Part shown: positions 20,758 to 30,122 of the stretch, piece after piece
Position numbering within the stretch: the stretch's first letter is position 1
Layout of the letters: each line of letters opens with the position of its first letter
NCBI GenBank assembly: GCA_963662465.1
Contig: OY759599.1
Coordinates: 1,408,001-1,472,000, forward strand
DNA length: 64,000 nucleotides
Reading direction: 5' to 3'
Origin: Desulfatiglandales bacterium
GTDB taxonomy: Bacteria; Desulfobacterota; DSM-4660; Desulfatiglandales; Desulfatiglandaceae
The notes under the pieces: model-generated
What the model saw: the letters and a program-made list of their open reading frames with translations, nothing else
Database searches by the model: none
What the model was told of the DNA's origin: nothing
Made by a program: the position numbers and the translations under genes

Positions 20758-21405
20758 ATGTCGGAATACGGAAAAATTGCTCAGGATGAGGTGGTTTCCC
20801 GCTGGGAAGATGATGTGGATGAACTTCAGCAGGAGGACTGGGAAGACGTGATGGGCGGCCCTGATGATCGCCATTTCGAGCAAATGGATGATGCGGTTGA
20901 TCCGGACTATCAACCGCCGGAATATGAAGATGATGGTTATTTGCCGCCCAAAGGAAATGACGGAGGAACTCAGGAGGACAAAATGGAACCATATGACTTT
21001 GCGGATGATGAATTTGATGAATATGACGTCATGATGATTGAAGCCACAAAACGGCAGGAGGAAATTGTGGCATGGCTGGCCGACTCCCTCCTTGCCCAAC
21101 CCCTTAAAGGTGGCAGTCGGTCGGATTTTCTGATTCGAGAAGGCGCCCCGGTGCGGTTGTTGGACGGCGCCCTGGTGGAACTGCTCTCGTGGCTTGAACT
21201 TGAAGGGTTTGAGGACAGGCTCATGGTTTCCGGTTATGTGGTGACCACGGCTTTAGACCGAAAAGGAACAGGAGATGTGATGATTTTCAGGAAAACGCCG
21301 GTGGTGAAAGCGCCGTTTGTTTTTGATGAGCTGCCCGATGTTGCGGTTGCGCCGGAAGCGGAAGAATTGAACGCGCCCGTTTCCGATGATGATATTCCCT
21401 TTTAG
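20758..21405 (+). CDS. Highly acidic hypothetical protein with SSB-like C-terminal DDDIPF
   Basis: AGGAGG RBS; D/E-rich; ends APVSDDDIPF. Confidence 0.75.
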   Translation: MSEYGKIAQDEVVSRWEDDVDELQQEDWEDVMGGPDDRHFEQMDDAVDPDYQPPEYEDDGYLPPKGNDGGTQEDKMEPYDFADDEFDEYDVMMIEATKRQEEIVAWLADSLLAQPLKGGSRSDFLIREGAPVRLLDGALVELLSWLELEGFEDRLMVSGYVVTTALDRKGTGDVMIFRKTPVVKAPFVFDELPDVAVAPEAEELNAPVSDDDIPF

Positions 21406-21450
21406 AGGATCGAGATCCATGACTGCGCTTCTGATCATTTTGCCGCCACC

Positions 21451-22662
21451 CTATTTCACCAGAATCAGAGTGCTGAGCCCGAAATCTGGAATTCCAGTAT
21501 TCTCCATGGTCTTTAAAAGATTGATGTGAAAAGCGTTTGCAGATGGCCGCATATAGGCCGGGTTCATGCAAGTGTCCTCTTTTTTTCTGCAATCGGCCGG
21601 CAGGCAAAAAGGACAGGGAATAGGGTAATGAAAAGCGAAAGCTAAATGGTCAGTTTCCTCTATAAATTTTTCTATTTTCAACAACTGCCTGGTTAGTGTT
21701 TTTTCATCACCTTTTGTAGCTGGTTTGCTGGAAGTGGTGACGATGACCGCGCAGTTGAAATTGGAAATGAATTCTCTACTATCCTGTCGGTTCCTGTCGG
21801 CAATAATGACTTCTGTAAGAGGAATACGACAGCAGAAAATCTTTCCTCGGGAAGATAGGGCGGTGATATCCTCCGGCAAGTTGATTATATTTTTTCCACG
21901 GTTTTGATTTTGAATGCCTGGTTTGGAGCTTTTTGGAATGCCAATGAAGTCCGTCCCGTAAAAGAGGGGGACGTGATATTTCTGAATCAATTGCAGTGTC
22001 ATGAGTTTATTTATTGCCATGCCGCCTACACAGACTTGCGTGCGAACGTTTTTGGCAGACAACAGGTCCAAGAGTTCTCGTAAATTCGCAATGCAGGTAT
22101 TGAGCATACATGAGATGCCCAGAAAATTGGGTTGATATTTTTCAATCGCATCAACCCAGGCCCGCGGTTTGATTTTGGATCCGAGGTTGAAAATAGTATG
22201 CCCCTGAGTTTGCCAAAATTGTTTGAGAAGCGTGGCGCCTAGATCCTGGCCTGCCGGCGCCATCACTCCAGATACAATGGTCAGAGGTTTAACAGGCGTC
22301 TCCGGTGGTAAGAAGGAAAAGCAGTATGTTAGGGCTTTGGAAAAGGCATAAATATCCGAGACCATAACTCTTTTATGTTTAGGGCTACTTTTTGATAATC
22401 GAAAGCCATTATGGGAGAGCATGTATTGAAATTTAATCTCATCAAGGCATTCCATTAACAGGATTGAAATATCTCGGACTGTATATTTTGTAAGAAGTGC
22501 TTTGGCAAGAGCTGAGATGTTTTGTTTTGTTTCTTTTTCATCTATAACGGGCAGGCTGTAGGATCGTTGCTTGAATTGAAGGATGTGGCCGTGAACATCT
22601 TTTTTGAAAGAGATGGCGGACCAGATGGAATTTGTTGTTTCGGAGATGTTTGGCTTGTTCAT
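21451..22662 (-). CDS. Cobalamin-binding-like + DUF2284-like protein (copy 2)
   Basis: Paralogue of 974-2182 with scattered substitutions and one extra codon. Confidence 0.7.
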   Translation of the reverse strand: MNKPNISETTNSIWSAISFKKDVHGHILQFKQRSYSLPVIDEKETKQNISALAKALLTKYTVRDISILLMECLDEIKFQYMLSHNGFRLSKSSPKHKRVMVSDIYAFSKALTYCFSFLPPETPVKPLTIVSGVMAPAGQDLGATLLKQFWQTQGHTIFNLGSKIKPRAWVDAIEKYQPNFLGISCMLNTCIANLRELLDLLSAKNVRTQVCVGGMAINKLMTLQLIQKYHVPLFYGTDFIGIPKSSKPGIQNQNRGKNIINLPEDITALSSRGKIFCCRIPLTEVIIADRNRQDSREFISNFNCAVIVTTSSKPATKGDEKTLTRQLLKIEKFIEETDHLAFAFHYPIPCPFCLPADCRKKEDTCMNPAYMRPSANAFHINLLKTMENTGIPDFGLSTLILVK

Positions 22663-22758
22663 AGCCTTACGGCAAAAATGGAAAATATGCTGATAATCAT
22701 TGATTTTAGAGTTATAGTCAAGTCTGATGTTTGCGGCAATTCTAATTAAACGAAAGCA

Positions 22759-22909
22759 ACGCATAGTCTACATGTTGTGAGGTTTTAGGTCAACATACTG
22801 AAATATAAAATATTTCAGAGCTTTTATTTCAAATTTATTAATTAATCGTTGATTTTCAATAGGTTACATGCAGATTTTTGAAAACCCCACAACATGTAGA
22901 CTTATGCGT
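22759..22909. mobile_element. MITE-like element with ~28-bp terminal inverted repeats
   Basis: ACGCATAGTCTACATGTTGTGAGGTTTT / AAAACCCCACAACATGTAGACTTATGCGT around an AT-rich core. Confidence 0.75.
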
Positions 22910-23102
22910 GAATTTGGATACTCGTGAAGATTATGGAGAAGATCGTTGGATGGGAATCGGTCTTTTTGAAATGCGCGTTGTCGTTCTGGCCTTCACTGAA
23001 ATAAATGAGGAAAACATCCGCATAATCTCATTTCGAAAGGCAATAAAAGATGAACGGAAACGATTCGAATACTATTGCAAAAACGAATTTGGAGCGTATT
23101 GA
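22910..23102 (+). pseudogene. BrnT-family toxin, 5'-truncated
   Basis: D.REDYGEDRW..IG...VV...T......IRIISFRKA...ER..Y. Confidence 0.8.
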
Positions 23103-23250
23103 CGCAATGACTGATGATATGATTGACACGTCAGACATTCCTCCATTGACAGATGACTTTTTTGCGACGGCAAAATGGCGAATGCCAAAGCCGAAAGTTA
23201 AAGTTATGTTGGAAATTGAACCAGAGGTCCTTGATTGGTTCAAAGCTCAC
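23050..23250 (+). pseudogene. BrnA-family antitoxin, 3'-truncated next to the mini-Y1 element
   Basis: IDTSDIPPLTDDFF..A...V.L.IEPEVLDWFK then unrelated sequence. Confidence 0.8.
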
Positions 23251-23261
23251 GTGGGGCGAAT

Positions 23262-23416
23262 GGGACGTACGTCAGATTATAAGTTAATACATCATTCATT
23301 GCATGATATTAAGCAGACATGCCACGCAAAACTCGCATGGAGTAGCACAGAAGGCTACCAAATTGTAGGGAAAGAACCGAAGGCCTTTTGGAAATTTATA
23401 ATCTGACGAACGTCCC
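23262..23416 (+). mobile_element. 155-bp mini-derivative of the TIR-bounded Y1 transposase element
   Basis: TIRs GGGACGTACGTCAGATTATAAGTT / AATTTATAATCTGACGAACGTCCC; contains ATGCCACGCAAAACTCGCATGGA (MPRKTRM). Confidence 0.88.
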
Positions 23417-23487
23417 TGCCCCCCCCCCCCCCCCCCCGAACATCACCACCGGTGGTTCAGCCTTGATCAATGGATAAAGGTGACATG

Positions 23488-23557
23488 AGGAGCCGTGTAC
23501 GGACCCGTACGCACGGTTCTGTGGGCAGACGGGAGCCTCGGCTCCCTCTAACCCGAT
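23488..23557 (+). ncRNA. Group II intron 3' remnant (domains V-VI)
   Basis: GAGCCGTGTACGGACCCGTACGCACGGTTCTGTG...GGGAGCCTCGGCTCCCTCTAACCCGAT. Confidence 0.85.
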
Positions 23558-23623
23558 CAAAAAATTCTCATGGCCGAGAATGGGCCTCTAAAAAAGCTCG
23601 TCGGAGGCCATGAGAATTTTTTG
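23558..23623. repeat. Hairpin with 18-bp arms
   Basis: CAAAAAATTCTCATGGCC / GGCCATGAGAATTTTTTG. Confidence 0.7.
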
Positions 23624-23941
23624 CGGGTATCGCGATAATTTTTACAAGTTTAGGCGACAACTTGATTGACATCTACCGTTACCTTTGTTGAAACACAAAT
23701 TGATAGAGGGGCAGACCACCATTTATATGTGCCAAAACAAATTGTGTCAGTTCTCCGTGACCGACGTAAAAGAAGCGCTAAAACAGATGGTTAAATAAAA
23801 AGAAATTGACTGTTGGCGATTAGCGCTATAATATCAAATTTATGCCATATAATTTGCTTGGTTAAATCAGGGAAGACTGGAATTCAGCAAGAAGTCATGA
23901 AAATGCTTGCAGTTCCAAGCTAACGACTAATTGCAGATTTA

Positions 23942-25276
23942 ATGAAAGGAGGGATGGCCATGGGAAGATTAAAATTGTTATTTCGATCAAGCCTCCTGCT
24001 TCTGGTTCTGCTCATGGCGTTGCCCGTGGCGGGTTACGCCCAGATTCCGAAGGAAAACCCCGAAATATTCACCCAGCAGGAGTTGGACAGGATGCTGGCG
24101 CCCATCGCCCTTTACCCGGATTCACTTTTGGCCCAGATTCTGATGGCGTCAACCTACCCCCTGGAAGTGATCATGGCGGACCGGTGGCTCAAGGAAAATA
24201 AAGACCTTCAGGGGGATCAACTGAATGATGCCCTGGATAAGCAACCCTGGGATGCCAGTGTAAAAGCCCTGGTGCCTTTTCCGGAAGTGCTCTCCATGAT
24301 GAGCGAGAAGCTGGACTGGACCCCGGCTTTGGGCGAGGCCTTTCTGGCCCAAAAGGACGATGTTATCCGGACCGTGCAGGATCTTCGGCAAAAGGCCCAT
24401 GAAGCCGGGAACCTGAAGACTTCGGAAGAGCAGACGGTGACTGTTGAAAAGGAAATCATCGTCATCGCGCCAACCAACCCGCAGGTGGTCTATGTGCCCG
24501 TCTATGATCCTTGGTGGGTTTACGGTTCCTGGTGGTGGCCTGCTTATCCCCCTTATGCCTTCTACCCCTATGCCGTTGGGGTGGCCTTTTTCCCCGGGCC
24601 GATCTGGTTCGGCCCCCGGTGCAGGGTGGGACCCTATTGGGGTCGCGCATGGGGCCGCTGGGATTGGCGGAATCGCCATTTCTACGCCAATGTGAATCGC
24701 AATATCAATGTCAACCGCAGATATTTCAACAATTCGAGAACGCAGTTAACCCATTGGCGCCATGACCCGACCCATCGACGGAATGTCGCCTACCGGAATC
24801 CGGTCTCCCGAATGCGGTATTCGAAGGTGAATAGAAGTGCGTTTAAGAGGGGCGGGGATTTTCGTGCCATTGAGACGAAATTGCGCAACGGCACCCGTGT
24901 TGCCAGCCGGAAGACATCCTCCAGGACCGGCAGATCCAATGGCATGCAGACAAACAGGAACCGGACCGTGACCGGTAAAAAGGGTGCGATGGATCGAAGA
25001 ACCGGCGCATCCGGTGTCGGTTCCCCGTACTCAAGGGGGCCGTCAAAAGTGACGGGTTTTTCCCAAAAGGCCGGGAACCGATCCCCCATGGATAACAGGG
25101 TCGCTGCCAATACCTATAACGGCAACAGGTCGGCGGGAGTGTCCCGAGGGCAGCAAGGCGGTTCAAGGTCCACGGTAAACTTTGGCGGCTACAGCCGCGG
25201 AGCAACGGCGAGGGGCGGTTTTGGTGGTGGCGGTAGTATGGGTGGCGGGAGATGGGGAGGCCCGTCTCGAAGGTAG
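23942..25276 (+). CDS. DUF3300 domain protein (exported, Gly/Arg-rich tail)
   Basis: Signal peptide; LAPIALYPDSLLAQILMASTYPLEV; VVYVPVYDP. Confidence 0.92.
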   Translation: MKGGMAMGRLKLLFRSSLLLLVLLMALPVAGYAQIPKENPEIFTQQELDRMLAPIALYPDSLLAQILMASTYPLEVIMADRWLKENKDLQGDQLNDALDKQPWDASVKALVPFPEVLSMMSEKLDWTPALGEAFLAQKDDVIRTVQDLRQKAHEAGNLKTSEEQTVTVEKEIIVIAPTNPQVVYVPVYDPWWVYGSWWWPAYPPYAFYPYAVGVAFFPGPIWFGPRCRVGPYWGRAWGRWDWRNRHFYANVNRNINVNRRYFNNSRTQLTHWRHDPTHRRNVAYRNPVSRMRYSKVNRSAFKRGGDFRAIETKLRNGTRVASRKTSSRTGRSNGMQTNRNRTVTGKKGAMDRRTGASGVGSPYSRGPSKVTGFSQKAGNRSPMDNRVAANTYNGNRSAGVSRGQQGGSRSTVNFGGYSRGATARGGFGGGGSMGGGRWGGPSRR

Positions 25277-25290
25277 CAAGAAAAAGAAAA

Positions 25291-26361
25291 ACGTTCGTCA
25301 GATTATAAGTTACGTTTTTGTTTTTCATTTGATAGCGTGTCTGTATGCCAAGAAAAGCCCGCATAGATGCCCCAGGAGCGCTACACCACGTTATTGCCAG
25401 GGGGATAGGCCGTCGAAAAGTGTTTGATGATGATGACGACCGAGATTTTTTTGTTGAACGGTTGGGGAAAATTGTTTCTGATACGGAAACACAATGTTTT
25501 GCGTGGGCGCTGATGCCCAATCATTTCCATTTGCTTTTGAAAACCGGCATTATCCCTATCTCTACGGTCATGAAACGCCTCTTAACCGGTTACGCCATGC
25601 ACTATAACCGGAGACACAAGCGGTATGGCCATCTGTTTCAAAACCGATACAAGTCAATCCTCTGCCAGGAAGATTCATATCTATTGGAACTGACGCGCTA
25701 TGTGCATTTGAACCCGCTTCGGGCAAAATTGGTGTCTGATATAAAGGAGTTGGGAAACCATCCTTACAGCGGGCATAGCGTACTTATGGGGAGGGTAACC
25801 GCGGAGTGGCAGAACACGACAATCCTCGGGTTGTTTGGCGACAAGGTGTCCGTTGCGCGGCGGCGGTACTTGGAATTTGTAAAAAAGGGGATCGCTGCCG
25901 GTAAGCGGCAAGATCTCACGGGTGGGGGACTGGTTCGGAGCGTTGGGGGGTGGTCCGCCGTGAAATCATTGCGGAAGGCCGGCGTATTTCAGAAGGGGGA
26001 CGAGCGTATCCTTGGCGATGGTGAATTTGTGGAGAAGGTGCTCTCTCAAGCCGAGGAGGCATTCGAGAGGAAATATCGCTTGAAGGCCAAGGGGATTGAT
26101 GTCGGCAGGATTGCCGAGAGAGTTGCCGACATTATGGGCATGGCCCCCGAAACGGTTTGGGTTTCGGGAAAACAGCCTAAGATTGTGCAGGCTCGCAGCC
26201 TTCTTTGCTACTGGGCGACCAGTGAATTGGGCGTTAGCCAGGCGTGGTTAAGCCGGAAACTGGGGATTTCCCAGGCAGCGGTAAGCCTTTCGGTAAGCAG
26301 AGGACGTCGGATTGTATTAGAAAATCACTATGAGATTGGGAACTTATAAACTGACGAACGT
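25291..26361 (+). mobile_element. HUH/Y1 transposase element bounded by 21-bp terminal inverted repeats
   Basis: ACGTTCGTCAGATTATAAGTT (25291-25311) / AACTTATAAACTGACGAACGT (26341-26361), 20/21 complementary. Confidence 0.85.
25345..26349 (+). CDS. Y1 (RAYT/IS200-like) HUH transposase with C-terminal DnaA-C-like HTH
   Basis: HHVIARG, LMPNHFHLL (HUH), GHLFQNRY, RYVHLNP (catalytic Tyr), ARSLLCYWA...LG.SQ..VS. Confidence 0.9.
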   Translation: MPRKARIDAPGALHHVIARGIGRRKVFDDDDDRDFFVERLGKIVSDTETQCFAWALMPNHFHLLLKTGIIPISTVMKRLLTGYAMHYNRRHKRYGHLFQNRYKSILCQEDSYLLELTRYVHLNPLRAKLVSDIKELGNHPYSGHSVLMGRVTAEWQNTTILGLFGDKVSVARRRYLEFVKKGIAAGKRQDLTGGGLVRSVGGWSAVKSLRKAGVFQKGDERILGDGEFVEKVLSQAEEAFERKYRLKAKGIDVGRIAERVADIMGMAPETVWVSGKQPKIVQARSLLCYWATSELGVSQAWLSRKLGISQAAVSLSVSRGRRIVLENHYEIGNL

Positions 26362-26368
26362 TAGTCCT

Positions 26369-29300
26369 ATGCCTCAAAAAATATTAAATGAATATTTTGG
26401 ATACGACGGCTTCAGGGAAAACCAGCGGGAAATCATCGAAACCGTTCTGGGTGGAGAAAATGCGTTTGTATTGATGCCCACCGGCAGTGGGAAGTCAATC
26501 TGCTATCAGATTCCGTCGATGCTGAAGCCGGGTGTGGGCATCGTTATCTCTCCGTTGATTGCGTTGATGGAAGACCAGGTCAAGGCGCTTCAGCAAAATG
26601 GCGTCAAGGCGGCCTGTTTGAACTCGACGCTGCCTTACGGGGAGGCGCAGAGTGTCCAACAAAGGGCCGCGGACGATCGGCTGGACATCCTTTACGTTGC
26701 GCCGGAAAGGCTCCTCACGCCGGATTTCCAGCATTTTCTCACCCGTATCAAGCCGGCGCTTTTTGCCATTGATGAAGCCCATTGTGTTTCCCAGTGGGGT
26801 CATGATTTTCGCCCGGAATACCTGCGGATAAATGAAGTGACCCATCATTTTCCGAATACCCCCCGAATGGCGCTTACGGCGACTGCCGACGAGATGACCC
26901 GGAAAGACATCCTCGAAAAACTCGACCTCCGTGAGGCCTGCATATTTATCAGCAGCTTTGACCGACCCAATATTCGATATCACGTGCGGGTTAAAAACAG
27001 AGACAAACGTCAACTGCTGGATTTTATTCGCGGAAAACACGCAAACCAATCGGGTATTGTGTACGTCAGAACCCGAAAAAGAACGGAGAGTATTGCGTCA
27101 TGGCTGTCTCAGCAGGGGGTGGATGCGTTTCCCTATCATGCCGGGTTATCCCCGGAAGTGCGCATGGAAAACCAGAAACAGTTTCAGGAAAGCAGTGACC
27201 GGGTTATCGTTGCCACCATTGCGTTCGGCATGGGCATCGATAAACCGGATGTTCGCTTCGTGGCGCATCTGGATCTTCCGTCCAGTATGGAGGCCTATTA
27301 TCAGGAAACCGGGCGAGCGGGTCGTGATGGGCAGCCCGCCGATGCTTGGATGGTTTATTCGCTCTCCGATGTCACCGCGTTGCGGCGGATGTTTGAGATG
27401 TCCGAAGGGGGGCGGGAATTCAAATATGTGCTTCAGAAAAAGCTGGAAGCCCTGCTCGGATACTGTGAGTCCGTGGTGTGCCGGAGAAAACGCCTGCTGA
27501 ACTATTTTGGGGAAACCCATAACGGCCGATGCGGCGCCTGTGATAACTGTTTGAATGCGCCCGAGACCTGGGACGGAACCATTGCCGCCCAGAAGGCCTT
27601 ATCCTGCGTATACCGGACGGGGCAGCGTTTTGGCGCCGGTCACCTGACCGATGTCCTCATGGGCAATGCCACCCGGCAGATTGAACGATGGGGTCATGAT
27701 CGAATCAAGACTTTTGGCGCCGGTCGGGAGTTGGACAAAAACACCTGGATGTCGGTGTTCCGGCAGCTTTTGTCGGCGGGGTTGCTGTCCGTGGATATGG
27801 GGCAAATCAGCGGTTTTCGATTGACCGATGACAGTTGGCAGGTTTTGAAAGGGGCGCGGGAGGTTCTTTTCAGAAAAGATTCGGCTTTTTCAGAAAAGCC
27901 CGTTGAAAAGCCGATTCCCGGGACTGTGAAGGTCTTTTTTGAGGACGAAGAAGACCGATCGCTCTTTGAGGTCCTTCGAAAAGTTCGGCTGGAGATTTCA
28001 AGATATCTGAAAGTACCGCCCTATATTGTTTTCAATGACAAATCCTTGAAGGAAATGGCGTCTGTTAGACCCACGAACCATCATGAGTTTTTGCAAATCA
28101 ACGGGGTGGGGGACGCAAAAGCCCAGCGGTATGGGGCACTTTTTCTGGCCTGCATTCGAGGGGAGGAAGTGGATATCACCGAATATCTTGACGGGAAAGA
28201 GGATGCTGAGTCCGGGAGCAACGGGGTTGAAAATCCAGTGGACGATTCTGATTACAAGATGCCGGCTTGTGACAAACTTGTTGAAGACAGGGACCTGTCT
28301 TTACTCGAAAATTTCGAAAAGATTGACCCCTTTCCCCCAATTGATTCGCATGCCATAACGAATTTAACCACTGGAAAATCAGATCCTTCGGAACATAAGG
28401 AACCTGTCAAAAAAGATTCATCGACAGATTGGGAGCCGGACCGCAAGGCGGTTCTTTTCATAAAAAAGAAAATTAAAGTGTTGGGAAGTGTTGAAGCCGT
28501 CAATGCACATTATCATGAAGATTCGCTGATAGACAATTACGCGAGGCGGGTGGCTCCCCTCATATTGTATGACGCCAAAAAAGACACCAAAGATTTGAAT
28601 TATTCCTTTGAAAAAGTCCGTCAGAAACATCCCGGCGCCTATTTTCCCTGGACCGAAGAAGATGACCGTAAGCTTGAACAGGACTACGGAAACGGGGTTT
28701 CCATCGAGAATCTTGCCAAGGCATCGGGAAGAACCAAAGGCGCTATTCAAAGCCGGATTAAAAAGTTGTGCCTGAAACATCCGGAGAAATCTGTTCCTGG
28801 TAAAACAATTGCCGGAGACCCTTACGAAAAAACAATGGTTTGCTTCGCTGTGTCTCGAAAGTACAAGGGTTATTGCGTTGCCGGAAAGGAGATAGTCGCA
28901 GCGCCGGGTGAGTCATCCTGGATTCGCCCGGTGAGTCCAAGGCCGATGGGTGAACTTCCTTTGGAAAACATTCAGTTAAAAGACGGTAATAAGCCCATAT
29001 TTCTTGATATTGTGAAAGTTGCCGTCAAAAAGCCGCTGCCCCATTATTATCAGGCGGAGAATTATCTGGCGGATTGCGAAAGGTCCTGGGAAAAAGTGGG
29101 ACGGCTTAAAGTCGAAGAATTGCGTCATTATTGTGATGATGTTCACAGTCTGTGGGTAAACGGATACCATAGTGCACATGGCATGAATGACAAGATACCC
29201 CTTGAAATTGCAAATGCACAGTGTGATTCATCATTGGTCTTGATCCAACCTGAGGATTTCTGCCTGGTTTTATCAAGCGGTTTGACGTTTAAGCAAAGAA

Positions 29301-29500
29301 TTCGCGCAGAATTCATTTTTAATGAGACAACTTATAACCTTGCCTTGACCGATCCGTTTGTGGAAAGAACCTATGCGGAGCGGACGGAAGGACGATATGA
29401 AATCGAAAAAAAGCCGATAACCCTTTGCATCAGCCTCGGGGAGCCGCTGAATGGGTTCTGCTACAAACTGGCGGCAGGGGTGATCGGACTTGAGGATTAA
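26369..29500 (+). CDS. recQ: RecQ helicase with extra C-terminal helical domain and dual-OB-like domain
   Basis: MPTGSGKS, DEAHCVSQWGHDFRP, QETGRAGRDG, Zn-RQC, HRDC; then AYFPWTEEDD..GRTKGAIQSR and VCFAVSRK..GYCVAG..WIRPVS domain. Confidence 0.9.
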   Translation: MPQKILNEYFGYDGFRENQREIIETVLGGENAFVLMPTGSGKSICYQIPSMLKPGVGIVISPLIALMEDQVKALQQNGVKAACLNSTLPYGEAQSVQQRAADDRLDILYVAPERLLTPDFQHFLTRIKPALFAIDEAHCVSQWGHDFRPEYLRINEVTHHFPNTPRMALTATADEMTRKDILEKLDLREACIFISSFDRPNIRYHVRVKNRDKRQLLDFIRGKHANQSGIVYVRTRKRTESIASWLSQQGVDAFPYHAGLSPEVRMENQKQFQESSDRVIVATIAFGMGIDKPDVRFVAHLDLPSSMEAYYQETGRAGRDGQPADAWMVYSLSDVTALRRMFEMSEGGREFKYVLQKKLEALLGYCESVVCRRKRLLNYFGETHNGRCGACDNCLNAPETWDGTIAAQKALSCVYRTGQRFGAGHLTDVLMGNATRQIERWGHDRIKTFGAGRELDKNTWMSVFRQLLSAGLLSVDMGQISGFRLTDDSWQVLKGAREVLFRKDSAFSEKPVEKPIPGTVKVFFEDEEDRSLFEVLRKVRLEISRYLKVPPYIVFNDKSLKEMASVRPTNHHEFLQINGVGDAKAQRYGALFLACIRGEEVDITEYLDGKEDAESGSNGVENPVDDSDYKMPACDKLVEDRDLSLLENFEKIDPFPPIDSHAITNLTTGKSDPSEHKEPVKKDSSTDWEPDRKAVLFIKKKIKVLGSVEAVNAHYHEDSLIDNYARRVAPLILYDAKKDTKDLNYSFEKVRQKHPGAYFPWTEEDDRKLEQDYGNGVSIENLAKASGRTKGAIQSRIKKLCLKHPEKSVPGKTIAGDPYEKTMVCFAVSRKYKGYCVAGKEIVAAPGESSWIRPVSPRPMGELPLENIQLKDGNKPIFLDIVKVAVKKPLPHYYQAENYLADCERSWEKVGRLKVEELRHYCDDVHSLWVNGYHSAHGMNDKIPLEIANAQCDSSLVLIQPEDFCLVLSSGLTFKQRIRAEFIFNETTYNLALTDPFVERTYAERTEGRYEIEKKPITLCISLGEPLNGFCYKLAAGVIGLED

Positions 29501-29507
29501 AAATATT

Positions 29508-30122
29508 ATGGGAAAAACGCTTTACACCATTGGGCATTCCACGCATTCGCTGGACCGGTTCCTTGAGCTGCTTAATCTTCATGGAATCGGTGCGGTGTGT
29601 GATGTTCGTTCCAGTCCATACAGCCGTTACAATCCGCAGTTCAATCGCGAGACCATCCAGGCTGAACTGAAAAAGCATGGTATTGCGTATGTCTATCTGG
29701 GGAAGGAGCTGGGGCCGCGAAGCGATGATCCGGGCTGTTATGAGAACGGCAAAGTTCAATATGACCGCCTGGCAAAAACAGATCTGTTTCAGGAAGGGAT
29801 CAAGCGGGTCAAAGAGGGTATGAAGTCCTATCGCATCGCACTCATGTGCGCGGAAAAGGACCCGGTGATGTGCCATCGCACAATTCTGGTGTGCCGCCCG
29901 CCGGCGGGCGCCGGCATCAGGATTGCGCATATTCTGGAAGATGGCGCCCTTGAAACCCACGAATCCGCCATGAACCGTTTAAGAAAGGCATTGAAACTGC
30001 CGGAATCAGACATGTTCCGATCATCAGAGCAGATGATCCAGGAAGCCTATGATCTTCAGGGGCAAAAGATCGCTCACGTCAAGGAAGAAAAGATCGGAAA
30101 GGAAGAGGGCAGGGACCTATGA
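29508..30122 (+). CDS. DUF488 family protein
   Basis: LYTIGHS, DVRSSPYS, ALMCAE....CHR. Confidence 0.9.
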   Translation: MGKTLYTIGHSTHSLDRFLELLNLHGIGAVCDVRSSPYSRYNPQFNRETIQAELKKHGIAYVYLGKELGPRSDDPGCYENGKVQYDRLAKTDLFQEGIKRVKEGMKSYRIALMCAEKDPVMCHRTILVCRPPAGAGIRIAHILEDGALETHESAMNRLRKALKLPESDMFRSSEQMIQEAYDLQGQKIAHVKEEKIGKEEGRDL

